A stretch of DNA of 64,000 nucleotides, from positions 11,936,732 to 12,000,731 of the forward strand of contig CM082592.2 of NCBI GenBank assembly GCA_040954595.2, in the 5' to 3' direction. The stretch is from Balanoglossus misakiensis. Its lineage: Eukaryota > Animalia > Hemichordata. The position numbers and the translations under genes are program-made. Below, one piece after another: positions 24,757-38,500 of this stretch. The notes beneath the pieces are model-generated. The model was not told the origin of the DNA, ran no database searches, and saw only the letters and a list, made by a program, of their open reading frames with translations. Within the stretch, counting starts at the first letter, position 1, and each line of letters starts with the position of its first letter.

Positions 24757-24979
24757 TCGAAAAACTCCGCGGCGGGAAGAACACCAAGCGAAACATTTTC
24801 CGCGGAGCGATTCAGCGACGAAATTTCTGAACAATTAGGGCTGTTCCATTCGTTGTCGCAGGTAGTCCAGGGCAGCTGAGATGTGAACGATGACATGAGA
24901 TAATAGACGGACCAAGCTATGATGGTGTTGTAGAAGAATGACGTGTACATGTCAATCACGCACAAAGCGTAGCCAATCC
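24757..24979 (-). CDS. SLC6A4: SERT-like transporter, coding exon 3 (223 bp; TM3 and EL2): GIGYALCVIDMYTSFFYNTIIAWSVYYLMSSFTSQLPWTTCDNEWNSPNC...PAAEFFE
   Basis: Acceptor ttttctgttatttacag, donor GA|gtgagt. Conserved YN.I.AW and LPW..C...WN...C disulfide loop, N-glycosylation sequons NRS and NVS, PA.EF motif. Phases 1 and 2 fit the neighbouring exons. Confidence 0.96.
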
Positions 24980-25834
24980 CTGTAAATAACAGAAAAGTTG
25001 TGATCAGACGACTGCGCATGTGAAATTAATCCTGCTGACGGTTGCGCAAGGTACTTGCACTGTATATGTCCCTCTTGTCTATAATACTGCCTCTTGGCAT
25101 AGTCTTAGGTTCCCAACATGTTGCTCCGCCCGGGTATGACGTATTTTAGGTAAATCTCGAACAAAATGTGATGAAAAGGGCAATATCTTATTTGTTCTCA
25201 ATATTATGGATATGAAGAAAATTTGCGGCTGCATTAGAACAACCAGTGAAAAGAAATCATTTCTTTGATGACTGTAAACAAAATGGGATTTTTTTACTTG
25301 CATGAATGACACGCTGCACAGAACATTGTTCAACTGTTTCATTGAACACTTAATATTTCACCGAAAGATTTTCCTTGCAAAATGTTGCCGTATATTTTCG
25401 GTTCGGCTAATATATCGCCTTTACATGCGCAGAAGTGATCGATTCAGTAAAAAGAGGCCGCTTTTCGTTATTATGTGGCGTCTTTCAAATTATCGCGTCA
25501 TCGGTTGAGTGCGTTTACGCAGTTTCTGTATGCTACCATATTACAATTCATGTACGTATGTGAAGACAAACAGATATACAAATTTTTGGACCGCACAATT
25601 ACACAGCACAACCTTATTTTGAAAGTGAAATACGTGTTTGAAAATATATGGTCATTGAGGCTTTAACGATAAAACACGTCTATATATCGGGTTGAGCCCG
25701 TGTAAGATGCATTCATATTCTTGATATTTGTAACTACGTATAATTGTATCCCTGGAAACACAGCGGCAGTCCCAACTGACGTCATCGATGAAGTCGGACG
25801 ACAAAAAATGTATGTAATTGTTGAAATTTCTCAC

Positions 25835-25969
25835 CTTTGAAAATCGGGCAGATTTTACTCCAAAGGCTGATGGCGCCGCTGTGATGGTACTGGCCCAACG
25901 ACAACTCCATGTAGAACAACGGCACTCCCCCAAATACCGCCATTATACAATAGGGCACCAGGAAGGCAC
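25835..25969 (-). CDS. SLC6A4: SERT-like transporter, coding exon 2 (135 bp; TM2): [46 protein letters not shown]
   Basis: Acceptor ttccctgcag, donor AAAG|gtgaga. [16 protein letters not shown] closely resembles SERT ([21 protein letters not shown]) and has the extra residue that DAT/NET lack here. Confidence 0.96.
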
Positions 25970-27432
25970 CTGCAGGGAATGGAGGGAAAAGTTTATCTTT
26001 TTTGTCGTTCATCACATATCAAAGCCAGTTCAAAGCCAGCCTTGAGCACCCTTTATTCGGATTCCAAAACTTAAATTTGCTAAAAGTCCGAAAGATAACT
26101 AAACCATCTATCAACGTAACGGTAGTATACATTTCAGTTGTAATTTACAGCATCTCATAAATTGACAGAATTACAGTATAACTTGTTTCAAGTGCCTCTA
26201 AATTCCCGCGGTCGCTTTTTATTGAAATTCCGTTTAAAATAACGATGCCGATGCAATTGGCTCCAACCACCCGGCACCTTGTGTCATATGCACAAATTGA
26301 GCATGGAAACTGCGAAATGTTGAAGTTCGCGTCGTGATACGCGAGTCGTGGATTATGACAGAAGTTTTGGTCGGACGCGAACTGATACATCCCAGTGTGC
26401 GGTGATTTGACTTTGCGTCGACAGTCAAAATAGAGACAACATTTCTGTCGCAAGCACATAAGCTTGGTAAGCGATATCAACGCAATTATTAACGATTTAT
26501 GAACCTGTACGAAATGACCTCTTTGGCGAGCTGTTGACATTTTGTAGCTGGGCCTTTGTACACACGACTAGCGTCTTCAGGAATGTGTTCTCTCGGACAG
26601 TTATACATATACGACCATGCGAGACGCCGGTGCGCTGTTCTGGACGCTCATGTCGCCTCGGTTGAATTCATTATCTTCTTTTAAGTAGCTAATAATATTC
26701 ATACGTACATGATCAAATACATATCTCAGTGTCACCCAGTTACAACCTACGAAGCCACCCACATGAAAATCTGGAGGAGAAAAAAAACTAAGATCTCGGT
26801 TTCCGAGATCCGATCCCAGCCATGCAGTTAAAACAGGTTCTCTGCATTGCTGCAGATACTACGGACCAGACAGAGTACATGTTCTGACTCATAGCCTCAG
26901 TACTGGTCATTTGCAGGCTGTGCTTACACGGCAGGTTGGCTGGGAATTAAAACAAAAACTTAGTCTGAACTCCAGCGTTCATTTCACAAACATTTAACAG
27001 AGATGCACAGAGGGAGTTCGCTTTTTACAGATATATATGCTGTAGACGTAGACGTTGGATCAATCAATGAAATGGAAGATTTGTTGGGTAGCCACTCTGT
27101 TCACACATCAGTGTTTATTCTGAACGACAAATAGATGTCTAACATCCGACAGTTGACATGAAGGACGTGATCTTGTTCCGCAATCTCCGAGCTTTTAACT
27201 AATTATGCCATCTTACGCGGTGAACGCTCAAACGGACACAAGACTTTTCCAACCTATTCCAGAGCCTTGGGCAGCTATGGTTTTTGTAGCGCATATTAAA
27301 ATTAAAGAAGCCCACTTCTGATGGCTTATTTGCAGATAATTTTGAAGAAGTCCAAATGCGATACAAGTGCTCTGTTCATGTTTGGGGACAATGTCAAGGT
27401 CAGAGAAAGTTAAACTGAATAGTGTTACCTAC

Positions 27433-27898
27433 CGCCTCCGTTCTTGTAGCATATATAGGGAAACCTCCATACGTTGCCAAGATCTACAGCAAATCCGATC
27501 ACTGACAACAGAAAATCAATCTTCTTGCTCCAAGTTTGTCGATCGCCATCTTTGCTTTCTTGATCCTTAACAAGGCTCAATGTGCTCTCCGTAACGGGGA
27601 CCTTGGTCATCGTCGGCCCGCCGTCTACACTGTTATAGTTCTGCGCGTTGGGGCTCTGTGAAGGATTTGCATTGGATGCCGTGGTCAGCCCGGAGAGGCT
27701 GTTCGTCTTGGCGGTGAAAGTTGTCATCCCACCGCTGGCATCTTGTAAAGTGACCCGTACTTCAGAGTTCGTACCTGCGTTTTCGTCGTCTGTGTTAGGG
27801 ACGCCGTTCGCGTCAGCGGTCCGGTCGAACGCCAAGTTGTCCAGGCTCCTCCTCGCGTCCTTCGCTTGGGCGTCGTGCCTTGGATCGTCGCGGTTCAT
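27433..27898 (-). CDS. SLC6A4: SERT-like transporter, first coding exon (466 bp; long N-terminus and TM1): MNRDD...[36 protein letters not shown](G)
   Basis: ATG at 27898 has an in-frame TAA shortly upstream. Neurotransmitter:sodium symporter signature with the monoamine-binding TM1 Asp; [13 protein letters not shown] is SERT-type. Donor G|gtaggt (phase 1). The four exons total 963 bp = 321 stop-free codons. Confidence 0.95.
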
Positions 27899-28273
27899 CG
27901 TTGCGCAGTGAGTTTATCGCAGTTTTACAAATGACTTGCAAGAAAAAAATCAAAACTTTTATGATAAAAAGTGGAAAGTTATGCCGAGCGAAGCAGTTTT
28001 GTGTCAACTAAACAACAAAACAAAATCCTGGGTAACTTCAATTCCCAAAGCCTAGACAGACTGTTCTCATATCTACAACGGAACACTTCCTGTCCACTGC
28101 GGGTCCTGGAGTTTTTTCCCCCTCTGTGTATGATGACTTGGCGCCGGGTGCGTATCGCTGACTGAAGGGCTGGCAGGGAGTTTGCAGGAGAATAAGCTGA
28201 CTCAACAACAGCGCAGTTGCTTTAAAACCCAGGATCTAAAGCAAGATGAATATCCTGGCAACAACTTGGCGAC

Positions 28274-28320
28274 CTGGAATGAAAAGAGAAAAATAATGAG
28301 AAAATAATGAAATGAATTAG
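28274..28320 (-). promoter_or_regulatory. Candidate strong splice acceptor upstream of the SERT start codon (exon would begin at 28273); weaker alternative acceptor gives exon start 27934
   Basis: Minus strand reads ctaattcatttcattattttctcattatttttctcttttcattccag|GTC: CTAAT branch-point-like motif, long pyrimidine tract and CAG. Confidence 0.45.
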
Positions 28321-30536
28321 TGTATGGACCACCCGAGAGTCGGGCGTCCAACCAGAGCACAATAATCCTTAATATTATACACTGGGAGAGGAAATGAGAA
28401 GCTAGCCGAAGGATTGGGCGCTAGATGATGAGTGAAAAAAAAACTCGACTTGAGAAATGTGAAAGGCCATTTACGATACCCTGTAAATTCCATCGCTGTT
28501 CTGAAAGGTCTGTGTGACACCGTACGGTAGCCACGACTTCAGTTTGAGAGAGTCGCCTTAATGACTTAACACGTGGGAACAAAAGCCAGAATCTCGAGTT
28601 GACACGAAATGATTACGTGGAGCAAAGCGATGTAGCAAGAGCTTTCATTAAGCGATGACAGCACCAGCCAACGCTCGCATTTAGTACGAGGCAACTCGGC
28701 GAAAATATGAGCTCGGCAGCCGACAACTTCCGACGAAATATGCAAGTAATCTACAAGTGGTCTGCGTAATGCACACCTCAAAATAGAAATCGACACTTCT
28801 TTTCAATTTGACACATTCTCCCAACACGCCCCTGCTTGCTCAGCCTTTTGAAAACAAGCTAAATATATAATGGAAAATGTCACCAAGTGTTCCTTACATA
28901 AAACCCAGTGTCGCAACAACGATTGCACCACAACGCTATTATTTGTTTAAAACCTTAAACAATTTACTTCTTGAAAGAAATACTTAATGAGTCATTCTTG
29001 AGTGGACTGGTAATAAAAGTCAAAATTGATTAAATAGCTCATACAAAACTTAGTCCCACAGTCTAGCCCCACAGTCCAGCGATGACATTTCTATACACTG
29101 TGCAAGTTTTATAATGTTGTGTGTATATATCTGGGTGACAAATGTTGGCAACATCGTCGTAAATTTTTACGCATAGTAATTCCTGGTGAGCAGCAAACGA
29201 CTAAACTTAATATGGTCAGTATTTTAGGGCAAAGGTCAATAATTGAACCGTAAAAGAAGGCACAAGAAAAAGATAAGTTTAACATCACGCAGCATGAAGT
29301 ATGTAGAAATGTATATTTAGTGTCGAACGATGGTGGGTCACACCATCAAAGTCGCATGGCCTCAGCAGCCGCGGTTGTTCATGTTATTTTGATGAAATTG
29401 TTTTAAAGCAATGTCTTGGACTTATTGGATATGTGTAGAGTACCTTCTTGTTAGTTGCACTTGTATAAGACGCACGAAGAGCGCGTTCGTGTGCGCGCCC
29501 CAGATTAACGCTCCCAGTCACCGCGCAGCTGCCCATCGTCATGTTCAGAGAAACCATAAAAAAAAATTTGCGAACGAAATGTTTGTTAAAAGTGAATGAG
29601 GGACTGTGTTATAATGCCGCAGATTTATTAAAGTGGTATTGTTTCTTTGCCAGGGCAAGGAATGATACAGATTGTATTGCTTAAACAGTGCGTGGAAGTG
29701 AAAGAATTGAGCGAAGAGATGTCGCACAGAGAAGTGTATTTGCTCGCACACAATTGCCATGCATGTTTCAAATGGGTACCTGAATTATTTTAAAAGAAAG
29801 ACTAGCCACCGTGGACTAGCAGTCTTTTAACAATAAGTGTTGCCCAAGAAACACAAGCAGGCAATTTGTGTGGCCGTTGCATACACTGTAGCCCCGGGGC
29901 AATAAGTGAGGTTTGACTGATCAGTCCGCGGTCGGAAATGATATCTTTAACGCAGAATTGGCAGTGGCAGTACCTGGGATGGGACACAGCTCTCATTTAC
30001 AACACAGACAAACGTTCTCGACACTGTTTCTATGAATTATAGATTTTTTTTTGGGGGGGGAGGGGGGAAGGTTATCGCGTATTTTTAGGTGTACATGGAC
30101 AGATATGGAAAGATGCGTATAGACACAACGGGAACATGGCAGAAGACCTGTGAGGTGAAATGTCTTATTTATATGTAAATATGTGTTTAAAATCTTCACA
30201 AACAATTTGATTCTGACCTCGCAGTTTGAAGATTTCTGAATTACTTACAAGAAGAATACTGCAACCGAACATCCACGAACAGAAGCAAAATACCATGAGT
30301 TTAGAATGTTGCCTGAACATTTATATGACAAAACATTCGATTGCATATTTTATTGCAGAATGTTTGGAGCTACTGGTATCACACACTGGATTGTATCGAC
30401 CCACAACAGACGACAACTTGGGACGTCAAGCTGCGAAAATTTCCCCCGCAAGCTCACTGTTGGTCGTTCGGTAAAATGGTTGGCATAGTTGGTCAGTTGT
30501 GTCAGACCAAGCGAGAGCACAGCAATTAGCGTGGTT

Positions 30537-30632
30537 TTAAAGGGACACGATCGTCTTTTGCGCATGTGCCAAACCAGAGACTCTTGTATACACGAAATTA
30601 CGCATGAGTATAAGACGATCGTCTCCCTTTAA
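30537..30632. mobile_element. Tiny MITE-like element (30541-30628) flanked by TTAA, with AGGG...CCCT ends (Kolobok-like architecture)
   Basis: TTAA-AGGGACACGATCGTCTTTTGCGCATGTG ... CGCATGAGTATAAGACGATCGTCTCCCT-TTAA: ~28-bp terminal inverted repeats with 5 mismatches (1 in the outer 17 bp), TTAA on both sides. Confidence 0.7.
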
Positions 30633-32180
30633 GATATTGCCCGGATCATAAAGTCGGCGCTACAAGCATCATAAAAAACAAGATGTCGGATTGTTGTGTA
30701 AATGTTTACGAGCCCATATACATGTAAGACAGTTTAATTTGTTGGAAATTCAAAGCATATAATAACAATCATGATAATATTCTGATTTTGCGATGACAAA
30801 TGTTTGAGTACAGGTTATACACCATCGTTGTCGTCTTCGTTGCTGTTGTAATGTCGTTGTTGAAAATGTACGTTGATACTATAATTATGATTATAAGATG
30901 CTTTTGCGCCGACTACACACAAAGACACAATTATAGGGAAATGATAAAAGTTTGAGGACACGCTGGTTTACGTGTAGTTGGACCCCCTTGTTGGTTTATA
31001 CAATCTGTAAAGTGTACTTTACTATTTTACTGATGCTATACAAAAACGAAGTCATATTCATCAAAGACGTACTTATAATTGAGGAAGTAATATAGCCCCT
31101 GCGAATGATTGAATTTTCTTGTAAGTACATTCATATTGTTTTCTGTACCTGTTGTATCCCAAGGTCACTGCTTTCAAGAGGATGTCACTAGCCTCGCGGG
31201 CTCGGAAATTAACGTCAACTCACACACAATTTTTGTTGACGGGATTTGGGAGGAACATCAGCGTTTTATGGGGCAGTGGGCGAAACGTTGTCATAAAGAT
31301 GGTTCGACTCGAACTATCATCGAACACAGAACTCGATCAAATTGTCACCCGTTTCTCGTTATAAATTCGATGAGGAAAACTCGACTAGAAATTTTAAACT
31401 AAAACGTCACAATTTTGTTCTGTCATATCACCTGTTGAGTTGTGCTAGTCACATGATTGAATCGACGCAGACGATGGTTTGACTGCTTGCGGAACGGATT
31501 CCAACACCGATCGATGTAGTGAAGCCCTAATTGGTTCCAACTTTTCTATAAATCACATTTTAATTAAGTTGCCTGACTTCCGACAGCGTCACGATATTTT
31601 TAGATTTATGACCTGCCTTCGGCGCAGAAAAAAGCTTTTCAGAAATTATCGCAGTGGAGTAATTTAGTGTCCATTGCTTTTGACGAAATTGAACTCAGAT
31701 GACATTTTCAACTTTTTATTTATTTTTCCAAATTAAAGCACCCAGCTCTCAGCCGATAAATCCACTTAGAAATTGTATCGTGTTGTACACATATCAAGAT
31801 TATTGAAATTGACGCTCCACTTTTTTCAAATTCAATATCGTTCGTCTGTTGAATATCAGTACTGTGACCAAATCTTGAAGCTGAGTCTAGTCTGCCGACA
31901 CTGCAACAGCGGTGGATGACTTGGTCTGACATTGAACTCCGGTGTTTCCGAAATTTGTTTAGGCGGCGGTGTTACTATGGTCTGCCACACAGGAACCGTG
32001 TCGTTTCCCGCCCTTGAACGAGAGTTTCAACTTTTGTGCATTTCCGCGCAAAAATGAAGTGAACCAATTGCATGTCAAGGGTGGAAGTAACAAATGAAAT
32101 TGATGACGTCGTGGCAAAAAGAAGTTCGTAAGGAGCGCGGACCAACAATTCTGGCCTTTAGAAAGACAGCCACGTATTAC

Positions 32181-32510
32181 CTCAAATACAGTTCCACAGT
32201 CACACGGAGACGCGCTCCCTCAGGACGGATCTCAAATTCCACGCGGCGTCCTCGAAAACATCCACCACGTCTTCACCAAGTCCCTTCGGCAGTTTCAATC
32301 TTCACCTACCACAGTCGACAGGCAAACTCCGTACGGTGGGCTCCCAAAACTCATCCAAGGCGACGGTACAACTACCAGACCAGAATCAAAATGAGCCACC
32401 CGACAACATGGCACTGGATGGTTTTTATACGACCAAAAACTAACACCTGGTCACGCTAATATGTTAAATAAAGAAATAAACATAGGTGCACCTGGCCACG
32501 TAAACAATAG
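32181..32510 (-). promoter_or_regulatory. Candidate SERT core promoter and non-coding first exon
   Basis: Minus-strand TATAAAAA at 32429-32422, TCATT Inr-like motif at ~32392 (spacing longer than ideal), GC-richer leader, donor-like GAG|gtaata at ~32181, upstream CACCTG E-boxes and a GTAAACA Fox motif. Motif-level evidence only. Confidence 0.25.
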
Positions 32511-35500
32511 AAACACTTCTCCTACGTAACACATTTGTGGGATCTTTATAACATTTTTTATTGATTGAGCGCATACAAATCTTGTTATAATGTCAAACTG
32601 TCATTTAAGATTTTGTCGAATATTGGAAGTACTTGACCGAGCATTTCAGTCGTGAATTTCGTCAGAGTCTCTCATGGGGCGTCATCTTGTGTTTACTTGC
32701 AGAGTAAATTAAACAGTATTAATAGACGTGGAGTGTTTTGACCAGCGCCCCTTACGTCAGGTTTTATTGGGCACAATTGCTTGTTGCGCAATGTATTCTC
32801 CCAGTATCACTTTCCGGAGGCAAACATCGAAATTTCGAGTAGAGCGCTACCGACAGCAACAAGTGCTAGAAAGTTTAACCGGCTGCGCTCAAAATTTTGA
32901 ATTTTCACGAGTTATCCGTTTTTACTTTTCATGTACAAAGTAAACACTGTGAACATTTCCTTTAGTTTCAACACAGTCCTTCATGTCAAGAAAGAGGGAC
33001 TGTGTTTTAAGGAAGCCGATATAGAAACCACATCCATAAACCAATAATCGATAACCTTTCAGGAGTGTACACGATATCTTCGTCACAAATCTACGTTATT
33101 ACCAACTCGACGAAATTTCGGTGATTTTAAGAGGGACATTTTCAGAATGACGTTTGAGGCGATATCAGGACAATGTTTCTTGATTGTGGCACTGCATCAT
33201 GCATGTGTTTCTCGTTTCGGTTGGCGTACGCATACACTGCCTGACTGAGAAGTAATTTCTCATTATCAAAATACGACAACAGTCGTGACCCCGTGTGTAT
33301 GAACTTTGACTTTATAACCAGGCAAGCAAAACACGCGTGAGAAGAGCTTTTGTGGTTCTATTTGGAGGAATGTCTTCTTTTTACTGGTGTTAAATCCCTT
33401 GTGGAAAAAAAGTTTGCGAATCGTAGGCTAGCAGCTTGTGACTGCGCGTTTAAAAAAACGCGTGTCTGTACAGGGCGCTTTCAACCAAGAATCAGGGCAC
33501 GTTCAACCAAGAATCACAATAGGCAGCAAGTCTGTCCTAAATAAACTCGACCTGGTTTCGTCTTTGACACTTTACATCCAAATTTCAGTCGCTTGGACTT
33601 GAAAAGTTTTTCTCGACGCCTCCGTAGATTAATAAAAAAAACTGGCATGATATGTAGAAAATGATAGTTATGCATGGGACTTTTATCTTTGAGGTGGAAA
33701 TATTTGAGTTACAGGAGGCTGTTTGTGCGATTGCTTTAGTGAATCGAAGGCCAGGTTTCTTGAAAAGGTGAAAAGAGAAAAGAGAAAAGGTGAACCCGCA
33801 CACCTACAGTCTATTGTTTGTTGAATACGAGGTACTTCACATTTAATCTTCGCTGAGCACAAACGGCTTGGGAAAGTATGTCACAGAAACAGTCTGTTTT
33901 AGTTCCAGTTTGTAGAATTGTTTCTTGTAACATGTAAACAAACACCAAAAGTTTGACAGATGAATAGCGAGGTTTACTTACGATTTAGTCGAGCGTAGCA
34001 GTTGGTAGTGCTGCAGTAAGCAAATGGAAGGAACGCAGTGGGTAGGTTTGAGGGTCGGGATCGCTTCTAAATCTAACCTCATCCGCTGCTTGCTGTCACG
34101 TGAATGGAAAGAAAGTGCCAGTGACGTCAATTGGGTTTTAGCTGCACGTTGTTTGATATCGTGTCGGACAAGTACAAACTGTACTTAGTTGTGTTGAATC
34201 GTGAACTACGCATGCGCTTCTCTCCCTGTGCAAATCCAGCGCCGTCGGAACCTCAGCTGCCATTCTATATCTACATACCCGGGTACTACTCTACGTAGTT
34301 TCTTTTACGTCGTATTGTTGCACGGTCAGGTGAGGTCATCAGGGTTCGCTGCGTGGATGACGTGAACAGTAAGAGAACGCCATAGACGATATCTTATCGT
34401 TTACAATACAGCTCGTTAAATGCTACAGTTCGCAGCTCTGTTTGGGTGCCTACAGACGACATGACTACGAAATGCCGAGTATGTCGTGATGATTTTTTCA
34501 CTATGACATCCCTCACCACCAAAACATTAAGTGATAATGATTATAAATATGTAAACATTTACAGTATTCGACCAATCGGAGGACAAACTCCCACCTGGTT
34601 GTCGTTTAAGTTGCTTTCCTCGACTCATATTATTTTCCGTAGAGGAAGTTATTAAAACTCTGCATCACTCCTATCGTCGATCTTGATTGATTGATTCTCC
34701 GGAGGCAATTGTAACACTGTTTAGTCAAAACCTAATCCCTGATCCAAGGGGTTGTTTCTAGTCTAAATTTATCACCCATGATTTTTATTTTTGTTCTATC
34801 CGAGAGTTTTAAATCTCGTAACGGTGTATGACAATGTAGAATATTTTTCCCGCATTTCTTCCCACTTTACATCGACAAGCTTGGTGACTTTTGAGGGGAA
34901 AATGTTGGGTTATATCTTGGTGGTAAATGCATGAATCATCTGCTATATAGCTTTTTTGGTGCAAGAACACCATTATGAAGTAATTTCATGCAATCGTTGT
35001 CACATGTACTGCTGGCAAGTTTCCAGGCTGGGCAGTCAAGAGGAGTTAATTTTACGGTGTTGCAAGAAATTCTGAGGTCTGTGACCTACAAACAAGCATG
35101 CAGTGTGGTATAATAGTAACTCATAGTTTTCAACCCATTTACACGGATCGAGAGAGAGCGGACGGGAATTGGTTCGGCCCGACTGCAGTGTTTATCTCCC
35201 AGCCCGACTAAATGTCGCGGTTCAAGAAGTCAGCGAAGACGTGAATGCTTCTACGCTCCGTTGCATTTCCACGGCAAACAAGCACACTTTTCCCTCCCTT
35301 AAAATAACCGGAATGTTTAGACTTCGGCGCCAACGGTTTGCGATGATAGGGCCATTTCCTAACGTGACTGATGTAGTTATTACCCAGAGTCGACTGAGAT
35401 GAACATGAAGTCAGTTTGTTATCCTTTTTGCTCAAAACAACCGTAAAAGTACTTATCAGCACGTGTGTCCTGGCCAGTTTAAAAGTCAAAATACTCTATA

Positions 35501-38500
35501 CTGGTAGTGGAAAAATCCTCAGTATTTTATATACTCGTATCTCTAGCTATAAACGGATGGAACTGTCTAAATCTAAAGACTGTCGTTTAAGGGGGCTAAG
35601 CAACTATTAAAAATGCTATGCTTTACGTGATATGCTACCAATATCGTGATACAAACTTACATGGTCACCTGAATTGTCGATGAACTGAAATCTGTCGTTT
35701 TCGTATACAAGTAGATTCCAATATATTAATTAAATCGAACGACATAGCCAGTGTGGCTGACTGTACAATCTGAGTGTGAGAGAAAAATACACGTTTTTGT
35801 TGTTGTTTCTGTTGTTACATAATATAAATTCAAACAGTATTTGTTTGTTTGTTGTTTTTCAAACCAAAGTCGATACACAAAAGTACAATACACAGGGGGT
35901 GCAACACATCGCATTTTCGAGGAACGCAATAAGATATAAGATGGACTGCAGCACAATCGATCTGATGCTGTTCTCTGCTTAAACTTGAACCTGACCTTAT
36001 GAGACTGGCGAATCCGTGTGACCTCACGGCCCCTAGAGCACCACAGGGAAGGGAGATCTTATACCAGATACTGTACCATTTTGTATAAAGTTTAAGATAT
36101 CATTAAAATTAATGCCACACCAACGCGAAATGTCGATGATCGACGTATGGTGACGCTACGAACACTTCCTCGCACTGAGTCAATATTAGAGAGCGTGGGA
36201 ACGCAAATAATCTCAGAAGAAATCGAAATCAACCTGGAGTGTGACTTGACACACGAGTCTCTCACCTTTCCGTCATGACGTCAGCAACGAATTCCGAACA
36301 GGAGTTGACTAGAAAGTAGAATCTCAAAACCCGCCGCTGTTGTCCACCGCATTATGTTATCGACTGTAGGACAGTCCTGACGGATTGTCGAATGGAAACT
36401 AGTAACTAATAGTAACTGAATGACGGACTATGCGACGAACACAATGTATAGTGGAGTTGCTTCCGTGCCTGCTGTTCAATATCGCGAAACAGGACAGAGT
36501 GCAGAGAAATGAGGATTTCAAACACCGTTGAACTATCCGCAGCGAGTGAAGAAATGTAATATGGGCGGGTTAGGTCTTCAACTGAACCCATATAGTTGAG
36601 ATGATTTGTATATGCTGGACCTAATAATTTGAAATCGGAGTCTTTAATAATATAATAAACATGACAATGTTTGCATAACATATGCTTTAATCTTTCACAG
36701 CGAAATCTTCGACTACGTGCCACTGTTAGGATAAAAGCTATTTCCTTGGAGTTATATTGCTTGATATATATATTTTTAATTACAAATATCCTGTCTCCTC
36801 CATTTTAAAACTTGTTACAGTGGTTATCAACATTTCATGTAATTCCATAGACCTCATTTGACGGTCTCTTGTATACTTCCAAAGTTATCGACACAGCCCG
36901 AATGTCCGTTTCATATTTTCTTATAGCCAAGTGTAAAAACTTACGATTGGTATATGTATATGTCGTTTCCCTGCAAATCTCACGTTCAGAGCACCAGTAC
37001 GTGAAAAAAACCCACACCACTTTTAAAAGTTGATAATTTCAGCTTTTACGAGGGAAATTCCTCTGGCTTTCGAAATGCCATCGGAAATGTTGTATAATAT
37101 TCTGGGTCCGACCTTGTTCCAAATCACAACCCTCCAACGCCTGGTCCAGTCACAAAGTTAACGACTCAATAAAATAATATTACGAAACCGTACAATGGCC
37201 AGATTCGTCGGTTCAAATGGCAGTCATTTCTTTGAAAGCGAACGTAGCAGCACCCACTGAAGGATGACTGAGTCGTTCAACTCATCGACATAAAAGTTAC
37301 ATTTTCTGCTGGGTGTCAAAGAGCATTTAGGCACAGCGGTAGCTAGCATAATTGACAGATTTTTGAAATGTCCGATCTTGCCCCCTCGATGATCACCACT
37401 TGCTGCTTGTACCGTTTCAAATTAAAGTTAATTCCATCGACACTCTCCGCTCCCGGTCCCACTACACCATCTTTCCCTGAATTGGCTTTTCTGACACCAA
37501 TTGAAAATAGAGAGGACTGAGGAGGAAGAGACCAGTTTCTCGTAAAGGACTAACTCAGTAGTGCAACATCTGAAAACCTCCAGATCTTTGATCGTTCGGT
37601 TGACACTAAACAGTGGCCACGTTCTTCCCGATATCGAATATCCTCTCAAGTCAAAGGTCACAGCAACAGAGTCGAGTTGTTACACTCTTTCAGGGAGCAA
37701 ATTACATGTTAAGACCGAGCGAGAAAAACAATTAAGTGTGTACAAAAACATTTTCCATGTTTCTGTCCATAACAGTGAACACGAAAATCGCTGAGAGACG
37801 GTCCAAAATGTCAGCGTGTGCTACTTCAGACCTGGCAACATCACATTATCTCACAACATTTCCTGTCACTGTTACAGAATGTAGTAGTCGGCAAAGAGCT
37901 TACCACTTCTACTCTATGTGCCTTACACGCTGTTGCGCCCTCAACTCCTTAACAGTCAGAACACAGCGCACTGAAGCCGACCAACGACCGAGCTAAGTGT
38001 TGAGGGCGCATATTCAATCAGCGGATGACCAAGTGGGGGATTGCTTGGCTGTGGAAGGGGGGGGGGGGGTGTCAAGCTTATTACAATATCGACACAAGAC
38101 TACAAGCCCTGCCCAACAACTGGATAGTTCAATATGCCCAGGAGACGCGCTCATGTCAACAGACCAAGAAACTGTACTTGGCACGACGAATAATGCAACA
38201 AAGAGAGAGACGGAAGGGCTACTGTACGTATGGCTGTGGAGTCAAGACTCACGGCAGCCTCACACCCACCAACCGGTTCGCTGACCAGCGCCACCAAGCG
38301 ATCACAAACTACCGAGAATGTTGTTGTCTTCAATACTTCTGGGTGGCACTCTCTGTGTTTTTAATCGGGGCAAAAGTACGTCACCCACTATCACCCAGTA
38401 CGACTAATTTTACGGCGATGGAGTTCACTGATTTATGTCCAAAGTGTAAAACGAAACGAGCGGACAAAAATTATGACCATGAAGTCAGGAAAGTCAAGTG

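Noticed and set aside
34035-34089. Hairpin resembling a pre-miRNA
   Set aside because: Only ~16-17 bp of stem with wobbles, a bulge and a large loop; no match to a miRNA I recognise.
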